This document shows positions 36,406-45,022 of a stretch of DNA of 64,000 bases, in pieces (positions within the stretch are counted from its first letter, which is position 1; every line of letters starts with the position of its first letter). This DNA comes from an uncultured Pelagibacteraceae bacterium (GTDB lineage: Bacteria; Pseudomonadota; Alphaproteobacteria; Pelagibacterales; Pelagibacteraceae): positions 5,127-69,126 of the forward strand of contig CACLIZ010000004.1 of assembly GCA_902607115.1 (NCBI GenBank). The letters run 5' to 3'. Made by a program: the position numbers and the translations under genes. The notes beneath the pieces were generated by a model, which worked only from the letters and a program-made list of their open reading frames with translations, was not told where the DNA came from and did not search any database.

Positions 36406-37644
36406 TTATCTTTCAGACCACTTAGGTACTGGGTGAACTAACTTAGCAGAAGCCCACTTCAGTGGAGCAACGACTTTGTTTTCACATTTTCCAGAGCTAT
36501 CGCAGATAACTTGGAATAATACCATCGGTTTAGAAACGTTTTGACCGCCAGGAGCAAATTTTATGTTTCCATAAAAAGTTTGCATATCAGTAGCAGCAAG
36601 AGCATCTCTTACTTTTTTTTGATCAAAAGAATTTGCTCTTTCAAAAGCATCTTTGAAAACCAATAAAGCAGCTGAAGACTCTGCGGCTTGATATGGTGGT
36701 GCATATCCAAACATTTTAGTAAAGTCTGCATCATACGTCATACCATCTTTAAACCACTTATCTTTGTAAGTTAAAGTTTTATGCCATTGTGATGCGCATA
36801 AAGCGTACTGGGCATTTTTACCGTGTTGTTTAGATAGTTTTGCAGCATCGCAATGTGTCATTGCAAGCATTGGAACATCAACTTTCATTTCAGCTATTTG
36901 TCTAATAGCAGTTAAAGCTCCTTTTGTGTGACCTGATACAACTAAAACATCAGGTTTTACAGCTTTTACTTTTGCTAAAGTAGCCGCCATATCATTAAGC
37001 TCTTTTGGTAATTTATCGTCAATTACAATTTCAGATCCTGTATCTTTTGCAGCATCTAATATACCTAATCTAACGTCTTGAGAAAAAGCATCCTGCTCAA
37101 AAGCTTGCGCAATTTTAACACCTTTTCCACCATTTAATTCAACAGCTGTTCTAATAGCTACATCCAAATATAAATTTGCTGGTGCAAGCACTGCAAATAG
37201 ATATTTATATCCTTTTGTAAACAAAGATCTAGATGCACCGTTTGCTTCTACCATTGGAACTCCATATTTTTCTGTAACTGGAGCCATTGCTTTTGTTAAA
37301 CCTGAACTGTAAGGTCCAAGCATAAACTCAACGCCATCTTGGCTTATCAATCTTTCTGCAAGTTGAGCTGCTCTCTTAGGATTTGACTCATCATCATAGT
37401 AAATAATATCAAATTTATAAGTTTTACCGCCTACTTTAACACCACCCATGCTATTAATTCTCTCAACAGCCATATTGTAACCGTTTTGAGTATGAACACC
37501 GTTCGATGAATATTTTCCAGTAAGTGAAACAGCTGCACCTAAAATAATTTTATCTCCAACAACTTTTGCAAAAGAAATAGTTGCAGTCGATAATAAAAGT
37601 GCAATCGCAGAAACAAATGTAATTATAAAGTTTTTAAGTTTCAT
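36406..37644 (-). CDS. Liv/HAAT family ABC substrate-binding protein (second system)
   Basis: Signal peptide, GAAVSLTGKY, YYDDES, GPYSSGLT and TFYG.IKF. Confidence 0.88.
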   Translation of the reverse strand: MKLKNFIITFVSAIALLLSTATISFAKVVGDKIILGAAVSLTGKYSSNGVHTQNGYNMAVERINSMGGVKVGGKTYKFDIIYYDDESNPKRAAQLAERLISQDGVEFMLGPYSSGLTKAMAPVTEKYGVPMVEANGASRSLFTKGYKYLFAVLAPANLYLDVAIRTAVELNGGKGVKIAQAFEQDAFSQDVRLGILDAAKDTGSEIVIDDKLPKELNDMAATLAKVKAVKPDVLVVSGHTKGALTAIRQIAEMKVDVPMLAMTHCDAAKLSKQHGKNAQYALCASQWHKTLTYKDKWFKDGMTYDADFTKMFGYAPPYQAAESSAALLVFKDAFERANSFDQKKVRDALAATDMQTFYGNIKFAPGGQNVSKPMVLFQVICDSSGKCENKVVAPLKWASAKLVHPVPKWSER

Positions 37645-37674
37645 TTATTCCTCTCTCTAATTAATTAATTTCTT

Positions 37675-37703
37675 ATTTAACTAAGGATTTGGTTTTATTT
37701 CAA
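37675..37703 (-). promoter_or_regulatory. Sigma70-type promoter for the second Liv SBP gene
   Basis: On the - strand TTGAAA-17 bp-TTAAAT about 30 nt before the start; GAGGA SD. Confidence 0.5.
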
Positions 37704-37733
37704 GTAAGAGTAATAACGCACTAAAAAAAATAT

Positions 37734-38348
37734 TTAATATTGTTGAGTAATGGCAATGATAATAGCAATAACAATTAATACACACGCTGAAATTGAATTA
37801 ATAACTCTAGGATTTGCCTTTATCCATAAAATTAATTTATTAGCAAGTATCGCATATCCAATGAGAGATAAAAAATCTAAAAACATATAAGTTGAAATTA
37901 AAATAAAAAATTGCACAACATAATTTCCTGAAAAATCAATAAACTGAGGAAAAATAAATGGAAAGAACATCCAGGCTTTTGGACTTGTTCCGGCAACTAA
38001 AAAACCATCTTTGAAGAAAGAAAAAAAACTTTTTGAAGAAAAAGTTTTTGAATTAATATCTTTTGGTCTACTTTTGTAAATATCATAAGCTAAATAGCAC
38101 AAATAAATTATTCCAATCCATTTAAATGAATTTAAAAATAGTGGATGATCAGAAAAAAAAGATCCAATTACAAAAATTACTAAAGTTGCTTGGATTAAAT
38201 TTGCAGTCACATCCCCCAATGCTGTCCAAATACAATTTCTAATTCCATATTTCATAGAATATGAAATTATAACTATTCGTGGTGTGCCGGGTGTAATAAA
38301 TAAAAAAATTATAATTTGTAAAAAGAGAAAAAAATCTAAAGGGAACAT
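37734..38348 (-). CDS. rhtB: LysE/RhtB family exporter
   Basis: TPGTP, FKWIG..YL.YL and GFLVAGTSPKA. Confidence 0.8.
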   Translation of the reverse strand: MFPLDFFLFLQIIIFLFITPGTPRIVIISYSMKYGIRNCIWTALGDVTANLIQATLVIFVIGSFFSDHPLFLNSFKWIGIIYLCYLAYDIYKSRPKDINSKTFSSKSFFSFFKDGFLVAGTSPKAWMFFPFIFPQFIDFSGNYVVQFFILISTYMFLDFLSLIGYAILANKLILWIKANPRVINSISACVLIVIAIIIAITQQY

Positions 38349-38354
38349 TTTTCA

Positions 38355-38406
38355 CCGATAGTCCTAATCAACCGGGAGCTAAAAATGGCTTAGTAGGACT
38401 ATCTAG
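38355..38406 (-). ncRNA. Structured RNA element in the rhtB 5' UTR (candidate cis-regulatory motif)
   Basis: Perfect 10-bp inverted repeat GATAGTCCTA (38357-38366)/TAGGACTATC (38394-38403) around a 27-nt interior, ending 8 nt before the ATG, with no U tract. An rhtB-associated candidate RNA motif has been reported in Pelagibacter (from memory). Confidence 0.55.
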
Positions 38407-38470
38407 AAATTAACATATCATATTTTATAATATTTGCATTATATTTTCTTTTAGGATTTATATAAAATTT

Positions 38471-38764
38471 ATGAAGAAATCTAATACACCTGAGACCCGC
38501 GTCAAAAATACTGAGCCAAGTCTTAAAAATTCAGATTGGGTGATTTGGGCGGCTTGGGCAGATCGAGTGACTTTTGAAGAAATCAAAAAAAAAACTGGAA
38601 AGTCAGAATCTGAAGTTATTAAAATTATGAGAAAAAATTTAAAACCATCATCTTTTAGGCTTTGGCGAGAGAGAGTAAAAACAAAAAGTTTAAAGCATAG
38701 AAAAAAATTTATAATAGAAAGGAAAAATTTAAGAATAAAAGTTAATAAAAATGATTTTACTTAA
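38471..38764 (+). CDS. TIGR03643/DUF2805 family protein
   Basis: AWADRVTFEEI and ESEVIKIMR..LKPSSFRLWR.RV. Confidence 0.85.
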   Translation: MKKSNTPETRVKNTEPSLKNSDWVIWAAWADRVTFEEIKKKTGKSESEVIKIMRKNLKPSSFRLWRERVKTKSLKHRKKFIIERKNLRIKVNKNDFT

Positions 38765-39272
38765 TTGAACTAAGCCAATTTATAAATTTTCCATCTAAAA
38801 AATCTACACTGCCAGTAATTCTTGCTATCTCATCTTTATTTTTGTTAAAAATAATTGTTGTAGGAACTCCTCTTATAGAAAAAGCCTTTATTAATTTCAA
38901 TTCGTCATCAAAAAAAGTATTTAAATTTCTTATATTTAGATTTTTATAAAATTTATTTATTTTTTTTAAATTTTTATCTTCTAAATTGATTGGAAATACA
39001 AATATTCCATCTTTGGCATGCAATTTATCTAGTGATGGCATTTCTTCTTTACACGGAGCACACCAAGTTGCCCAAAAGTTTAAAATATATATTTCATTTG
39101 AATTAATTTTTTTTAAATCTATTTTATTGCCATCAATATCTTGAAAAATAATTTCTTTATAAACTTTCGGTTTATTAAGTACTAAAATGTTTTTAAATGG
39201 TGGATTTTCTTTACTGAGTGCAGCATTTATAAATAAAATACTTAAAATTATAAAATAATTAATTAATTTCAT
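38757..39272 (-). CDS. TlpA family thiol:disulfide oxidoreductase
   Basis: LNFWATWCAPCKEEMPSL and GVPTT, with an N-terminal anchor. Confidence 0.92.
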   Translation of the reverse strand: MKLINYFIILSILFINAALSKENPPFKNILVLNKPKVYKEIIFQDIDGNKIDLKKINSNEIYILNFWATWCAPCKEEMPSLDKLHAKDGIFVFPINLEDKNLKKINKFYKNLNIRNLNTFFDDELKLIKAFSIRGVPTTIIFNKNKDEIARITGSVDFLDGKFINWLSSIK

Positions 39273-39341
39273 AAAATTTTAATAACATTAATAAGGTAAA
39301 AATATAGTGGAAAAAAAAATTTTTATAATTATATAATAATT

Positions 39342-39596
39342 ATGAAAAATATTACCGTTTATTCAGGCCCTTTATGCAATTTTTGTGATGCCGCAAAAAG
39401 ACTGTTGGCAAGAAACAATCTTAATTTTACAGAAATAGATATCTCAAGAAAAGATGGATTGAGAGATGAAATGATAAAAAAAGCAAATGGTAAAAGAACT
39501 ATTCCTCAAATATTTTTTGATGATCATCATGTTGGTGGTTATGTGGAGTTAAGAGAACTAGAAAAAAGTGGTGAGTTAATTAACTCATTAAAATAA
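39342..39596 (+). CDS. grxC: Glutaredoxin 3
   Basis: CNFC active site, RTIPQIF and HVGG. Confidence 0.9.
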   Translation: MKNITVYSGPLCNFCDAAKRLLARNNLNFTEIDISRKDGLRDEMIKKANGKRTIPQIFFDDHHVGGYVELRELEKSGELINSLK

Positions 39597-39607
39597 TAAT
39601 ATATAAA

Positions 39608-39976
39608 TTAATTTTCTTTAAAGACTAGACATACTCCATTGTTACAGTATCTTTTTCCAGTAGGTTTTGGCCCATCTTCAAAAATATGTCCGTGATGAAC
39701 ACCACAATTTTTACAATGATATTCTATCCTAGCATAACCTAACAAGTAATCAGTTTTAGTTTCAAAAACATCTGGTAAAGCTTTGAAAAAAGATGGCCAG
39801 CCTGATCCGCTTTCATATTTTGTAGTTGAATCGAAAAGTTCAATATCACAATTAGCACAGTGATAGCTTCCTTTTCTTTTTTCATAATTTAATGCACTTG
39901 AGCCAGGGCTTTCTGTGTCTTCTTCAAACATAACTTTTTTTTGTTCTGGGGTTAGATTCGGATTTTTTTTTGTCAT
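39608..39976 (-). CDS. msrB: Peptide-methionine (R)-S-oxide reductase
   Basis: GWPSF, two CxxC zinc motifs, GHIF.DGP.PTGKRYC.NG. Confidence 0.95.
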   Translation of the reverse strand: MTKKNPNLTPEQKKVMFEEDTESPGSSALNYEKRKGSYHCANCDIELFDSTTKYESGSGWPSFFKALPDVFETKTDYLLGYARIEYHCKNCGVHHGHIFEDGPKPTGKRYCNNGVCLVFKEN

Positions 39977-39980
39977 AAAG

Positions 39981-40718
39981 CTATATTTTTAAATTTTTTT
40001 TATAAATAAAATTAAATTTAATATTTTTAATTAAAGTATAATTGTTTTTTTTTAATAAAGATTTAATCTTTTTTGAATTTTCTATAGATTTTTTATTGTG
40101 ATTAATCATTTCAATACATAAATACTTAATTTTTATTTTTTTAAAATCTATTGTTTTTAAAACTTTAAACTCATGCCCTTCAATATCTAAGTTCATGAAA
40201 TCTATACTATAAAATTTATGTTTTTCTAAAATAGTCATTAATTTTTTTGTTTTAATTTTTTTATGATAAATTTCATTTTTTTTAATTTTGTGATGGTTTT
40301 GTAAAAATAATAATTGATTTTTATCTAAAGTATTTTGTGTATTTAACTCATCAATAAAATATAATTTTTTATTTATATTTTTATCTGAAATACCAACATT
40401 TATATTAATATCTCTTGGACGATGAAAATTAAACAAATCAATAGAAAGGGAATTTAAATCAATATTTATACCTGACCAACCATTCTTGTACATTAGGTAA
40501 GTATTATTATGTTTTGTTGGATGATAGCAACCAACATCTAAGTATTTTCCTACATAATTTTTTGTAAAACAATTTATTAAATAATTATCCTCACCAAATT
40601 GAGTTCCATTATTAAGAAATTTTCTATTTCTTATATAAATATTATAAAAAAAATAAATTTTTTTAATAAAATTATATTTCTTTGATAATTCAAGAAAATT
40701 TGATTTAGTTTTAGGCAT
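39981..40718 (-). CDS. FkbM family SAM-dependent methyltransferase
   Basis: QFGED, YLDVGCYHP, NNTY, GWSGINID and IDFMNLDIEGHE. Confidence 0.88.
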   Translation of the reverse strand: MPKTKSNFLELSKKYNFIKKIYFFYNIYIRNRKFLNNGTQFGEDNYLINCFTKNYVGKYLDVGCYHPTKHNNTYLMYKNGWSGINIDLNSLSIDLFNFHRPRDININVGISDKNINKKLYFIDELNTQNTLDKNQLLFLQNHHKIKKNEIYHKKIKTKKLMTILEKHKFYSIDFMNLDIEGHEFKVLKTIDFKKIKIKYLCIEMINHNKKSIENSKKIKSLLKKNNYTLIKNIKFNFIYKKNLKI

Positions 40719-40724
40719 TATTAA

Positions 40725-41675
40725 TTAATCAATTTCTCTTATTGGTTTGCCTGATACACATGCTTCTAAGTTTTCGATCATTTGATTATAGAAAATAGAA
40801 TAATTTTCTGCAGTTACGTAACCTATATGAGGTAATATCAAAGCATTAGAAATAAATCTTAATTTATGGCCTTCTGGCAATGGTTCTTTTCCGTAAACAT
40901 CAATGCCTGCGCCTGCAATTACATTTGTAGATAAAGCAATTATTAAATCATCCTCATTTACAATTGGACCACGAGATGTATTGATTAAGTAAGTTGTTTT
41001 TTTCATTTTATCAAATTCATTCAAAGTTATACAATCTTTGTATCTTTCTCCTCCTTGCACATGAATTGAAATAAAATCTGAATCTTTAATTAAATTTTCT
41101 TTTGAAGTTGGTAAAACTTCTAATTCACTACACTTATCTAAATTTAAATTTTCGCTCCAAGCAATAACTTGCATTCCAAAAGCTTTTGCAATTTTTGCAA
41201 CTTGAGAACCTACCCTTCCCAGTCCAATCAAGCCTAATATTTTTCCTTTTAACTCTACTCCAACTGTTGTTTGCCAATATCCTTGGTACATATTGTCTAT
41301 TTCAGTTTTGAAATTTCTAGCCAATCCTAAAATTAAAGCCCACGTCAATTCACAAGTAGGATTAATATTTATTTCAGTGCCACTTACAATAATTTTTCTT
41401 TTTTTTGCAGCCTCTAGATCAATCGCTTTATTTCTCATTCCACTTGTTATTATGTATTTTAAATTTTTTAAATTTTTTATTAAATTAGAAGTAATCTTAG
41501 TTCTTTCTCGCATTATTAATAATGCTTCGTATTCTTTTAATTGTTCTATAGCGTCATTTTCATCAGCAAATGGTTCGTTAAAAACTCTTATTTCATATTT
41601 TCCTAATAACTTTTTTAGATCAACAAAATCTTGTGACACATTTTGATAGTCGTCTAATATTGCAACTTTAAGCAT
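40725..41675 (-). CDS. D-isomer specific 2-hydroxyacid dehydrogenase
   Basis: AILDDYQ, MRERT, GLIGLGRVG, INTSRGP, EPLP and PHIGY. Confidence 0.9.
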   Translation of the reverse strand: MLKVAILDDYQNVSQDFVDLKKLLGKYEIRVFNEPFADENDAIEQLKEYEALLIMRERTKITSNLIKNLKNLKYIITSGMRNKAIDLEAAKKRKIIVSGTEININPTCELTWALILGLARNFKTEIDNMYQGYWQTTVGVELKGKILGLIGLGRVGSQVAKIAKAFGMQVIAWSENLNLDKCSELEVLPTSKENLIKDSDFISIHVQGGERYKDCITLNEFDKMKKTTYLINTSRGPIVNEDDLIIALSTNVIAGAGIDVYGKEPLPEGHKLRFISNALILPHIGYVTAENYSIFYNQMIENLEACVSGKPIREID

Positions 41676-42567
41676 TAAATTTTTTTTTATTTGAAAGTGT
41701 TATACCTGCAATAATAAATATTGCTCCCCATATGTGATAAAACATGAATTTTTCATTAAAAAGAATAATAGCCATTATTGAGCCAAATACTGGCATTAAA
41801 TGCAAAAAGACACCAGCTCTATTAGCCCCGATAATTCCAATTCCTTTAATCCAAAAAAAGAAAGATGCTAGACCTGGAAAAATAACTACGTATGATAATG
41901 TCAAAATAAAAGGCTTATCAATTATAATTTGATTTCCAAAATTCATTTCTAAAACATAAATTGGAATTAAAAATATTAAACCAGTTATAATTACTACTTC
42001 TAATAAAGTTATTTGTGAAATTTCATATGATTTTTTTTTTAACAATGCAGAATAAAGTGCCCAAGCAAACATTCCTGATGCCATTATTAAATCTCCTCTA
42101 TTAAAAGCTAAATTTTTTATAACATTTAAATCAGATTTAGTTATTATAAAAAGCACTCCTAAAAGAGATAAAATTACTCCAAAAATTTGAAACTTATTTG
42201 TTTTTTCAATACCTAAAATGGAAGATATAAACATAATCCACACTGGAATTGTAGAAATCATCAATACACCGCTAATTACTTGCATATAATATAGTGAATA
42301 ATAAACAGTAGAATTAAAGATAGTTATACTTGTTATTCCTAAAATTATAAAAAAACCAATATTATTAAAAATATATTTTTTTTTTTTTAAAATTTCTGTA
42401 AATGTGAATGGTAAAAGAATTAATCCTGCAAACAACCACCTATAAAAATTTAATGAGAATGGTGGAATTTCATAAGTGCTAGCTGCTTTTCCAACAATGA
42501 AGTTACCCGACCAAAATAGTGTGGTTAGTACTAGTAAAATATATGCTAAGTTATTTTTATTTGTCAC
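41668..42567 (-). CDS. EamA/DMT family transporter
   Basis: FWSGNF, FYRW, NRGD and F.HLMPVF; about 10 TM segments. Confidence 0.88.
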   Translation of the reverse strand: MTNKNNLAYILLVLTTLFWSGNFIVGKAASTYEIPPFSLNFYRWLFAGLILLPFTFTEILKKKKYIFNNIGFFIILGITSITIFNSTVYYSLYYMQVISGVLMISTIPVWIMFISSILGIEKTNKFQIFGVILSLLGVLFIITKSDLNVIKNLAFNRGDLIMASGMFAWALYSALLKKKSYEISQITLLEVVIITGLIFLIPIYVLEMNFGNQIIIDKPFILTLSYVVIFPGLASFFFWIKGIGIIGANRAGVFLHLMPVFGSIMAIILFNEKFMFYHIWGAIFIIAGITLSNKKKFNA

Positions 42568-42571
42568 AAAA

Positions 42572-43819
42572 TTAAGAAAATCTTAAAGAACTGTAAGGCT
42601 GTAATTCTAAATTAGTTTTTTCGTTTGCAATCATTCTAGAGATTATTTTGCCTGAGATTGCACCCAATGTCCAGCCTAGATGGTGATGACCAAACGAATA
42701 ATATACATTTTCATAGTTTTTAGATGGACCAATTACTGGTAAAAAATCTGGTAGAGTTGGTCTAAATCCAAGCCATTCATCTTCATGAACTTCATCTTGA
42801 GGAATGCCATTAAGCATATCTTTTGCATTTATAATTAAATTTTTTACTCTAGATTTTGACAAAGGATTTTTTAATCCTCCAAATTCAACTGTTCCAACTA
42901 CTCTTAAACCTTGCTCCATTGGAGTTATTCCAAAACCTCTATCAGACCAGACAACAGGTCTTGATAATAAATTTTCATGATTTTTAAAATGAATATGGTA
43001 ACCTCTTTCTGTATCTAATGGAATTTTCTCATGAAGTTGATCTGTTAACTTTTTTGAAAAAGCTCCACACGCAATTATCAATTTATCAAATAAGAAACGT
43101 TGAGCATTAGATCTTAAAACAGGTTTTTTTCCATCAATATCTAAATCTTGAATATTTAATTTTAAAAATTTTCCACCTTTAGCAATAAATTTTTCAAATA
43201 ATTTAATAAGTATTTTTTTTGGATTTCTTGCGTGCTTTGCATATTTATAAAAAACTCCACCATGGTAAAAAGGCTTTATATTAGGTTCAAGATCATGAAT
43301 TTCTTTCGTGTTTAGTATTTGCTGATCAACGCCTAATTCTTTTCTAATTTTTATTTCTAATTCTCTGCTTTTTAAACCTTTTTTTTCCCAAACATAAATG
43401 ATTCCTTTATTCACTACCAATCCATCTAAATCTATATCTTGAAATAATTCATCAAATGCGTCTAAAGACAAATCTAATATTTGGTGCATATACTTTGCTG
43501 TATGCATCATTTTTGTTTTGGAAGAATTAAAAATAAATCTTGTAAACCAAGGAATCATTTTTGTAATATAATTCCATTTTAGAGCTAAGGGTCCACGACT
43601 ACTCATGAGCATTGCTGGGACATCTGATAAAATATCAGTTCTATTTAATTGAAGTGATGCGTATGGAGAAAAATGCCCTGCATTTCCATATGAGGCTCCA
43701 TTGCCTGGCTCATCTCTATCAAACAAAGTTACATTAAAACCTTTTTTTTGAAGAAAAAGAGCTGCACAAATTCCCTGTATACCCGCACCTATGATTGCAA
43801 TTTTCTCTTTTTTTTCCAT
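42572..43819 (-). CDS. DadA-family FAD-dependent oxidoreductase (D-amino acid dehydrogenase-like)
   Basis: IIGAGIQG, ASYGNAG, ERGYH, WLGFRP.LPD and FGHHHLGWT. Start moved to the ATG at 43819. Confidence 0.85.
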   Translation of the reverse strand: MEKKEKIAIIGAGIQGICAALFLQKKGFNVTLFDRDEPGNGASYGNAGHFSPYASLQLNRTDILSDVPAMLMSSRGPLALKWNYITKMIPWFTRFIFNSSKTKMMHTAKYMHQILDLSLDAFDELFQDIDLDGLVVNKGIIYVWEKKGLKSRELEIKIRKELGVDQQILNTKEIHDLEPNIKPFYHGGVFYKYAKHARNPKKILIKLFEKFIAKGGKFLKLNIQDLDIDGKKPVLRSNAQRFLFDKLIIACGAFSKKLTDQLHEKIPLDTERGYHIHFKNHENLLSRPVVWSDRGFGITPMEQGLRVVGTVEFGGLKNPLSKSRVKNLIINAKDMLNGIPQDEVHEDEWLGFRPTLPDFLPVIGPSKNYENVYYSFGHHHLGWTLGAISGKIISRMIANEKTNLELQPYSSLRFS

Positions 43820-43897
43820 TCCACAATCTATTAAAAATAAAAAATTACTATCAGGTGACAAATTGATCCTACTTTAGAATGTAATTTATAGTTGTAG

Positions 43898-45022
43898 TTA
43901 ATTAATAATTTCTCTTGAATATATTCTTGTACTCATAACTATGCCTAAAGCAATCATCACTGATAGCATAGAAGATCCTCCGTAAGACATGATAGGAAGT
44001 GGCGATCCGACTATAGGTAGCATCCCAAGAACCATCAACATATTTACTGAAATATAAAAAAATATAGAGATACCAAAACCGTAACAGAAAAATTTTCCAA
44101 AATAATTTCTTGAATTTGATCCAATAATTAAAATACGAAAAATTATAATAACATAAAGAATAAGAAGCAACACCGATCCTACAAAACCAAATTCTTCGGA
44201 AAATAAAGTAAAAATAAAATCGGTATGTTTTTCTGGTAAAAAATCTAAATATCCCTGAGTGCCTTTTAAAAATCCTTTTCCAGTTAAACCGCCTGAACCA
44301 ACTGCTATTTTAGATTGTATAATTTGATAGCCAGCTCCCAGTGGATCTCTGTCTGGGTTAATAAAAGTTAAAATTCTTAATTTTTGATAAGGTTTTAACA
44401 TAGAAATTACAAATGGGAATGAGATAACCAGAGCTAAAAACGAGTAAACAATATATTTAATATTTATTCCAGCCAACCAAATTACAGCAATACCACTTAA
44501 TGCAATTAATACTGAAGTTCCCAAATCAGGTTGGCTTAAAACTAGCAAAATTGGAATAATTAATATTACGAATGGAATTATAAATTTTTTAATAGTGTTT
44601 ACAGCATCAGGTTGAACTCTATGATAGTATCTGGCTAAAAAAACTATTATTGCTATTTTCATTAATTCTGACGGTTGAAGATTTAAAAAATATAAATTTA
44701 TCCATCTTTGAGATCCTGACACAGCTGTGCCAAAAAAAGTTGCAGCTACAAGCAAAATTAATACTAGAACATAAAAAGGAAAACTTAATGAAAAATAATA
44801 TTTTATATTCACAAAGGACAAAATAACCATAAACACAAAAAATACACCAAATCTTATCGCATGATTAAAACTATGATAAAAGTTTCCATCACTTATATCG
44901 GTAGAATACATTGCTAAAATACTTATTACACCAAGAAGCATAATTGAAATTAATAAATAAAAATCTAAATATCTAACTTTTTGTAAAAAAGATGTTTCAC
45001 CAAATGTGCTATAACTTTTCAT
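43898..45022 (-). CDS. rodA: Rod shape-determining protein RodA
   Basis: QRWI, QPSELMK, QPDLGT, FLPEKHTDFIF and SYGGSS. Confidence 0.96.
   Translation of the reverse strand: MKSYSTFGETSFLQKVRYLDFYLLISIMLLGVISILAMYSTDISDGNFYHSFNHAIRFGVFFVFMVILSFVNIKYYFSLSFPFYVLVLILLVAATFFGTAVSGSQRWINLYFLNLQPSELMKIAIIVFLARYYHRVQPDAVNTIKKFIIPFVILIIPILLVLSQPDLGTSVLIALSGIAVIWLAGINIKYIVYSFLALVISFPFVISMLKPYQKLRILTFINPDRDPLGAGYQIIQSKIAVGSGGLTGKGFLKGTQGYLDFLPEKHTDFIFTLFSEEFGFVGSVLLLILYVIIIFRILIIGSNSRNYFGKFFCYGFGISIFFYISVNMLMVLGMLPIVGSPLPIMSYGGSSMLSVMIALGIVMSTRIYSREIIN

Noticed and set aside
38372-38378. CCGGGAG, resembling the 3' tail of guanidine-I (ykkC) riboswitches
   Set aside because: It is on the strand opposite to rhtB and the rest of the ykkC consensus is absent.
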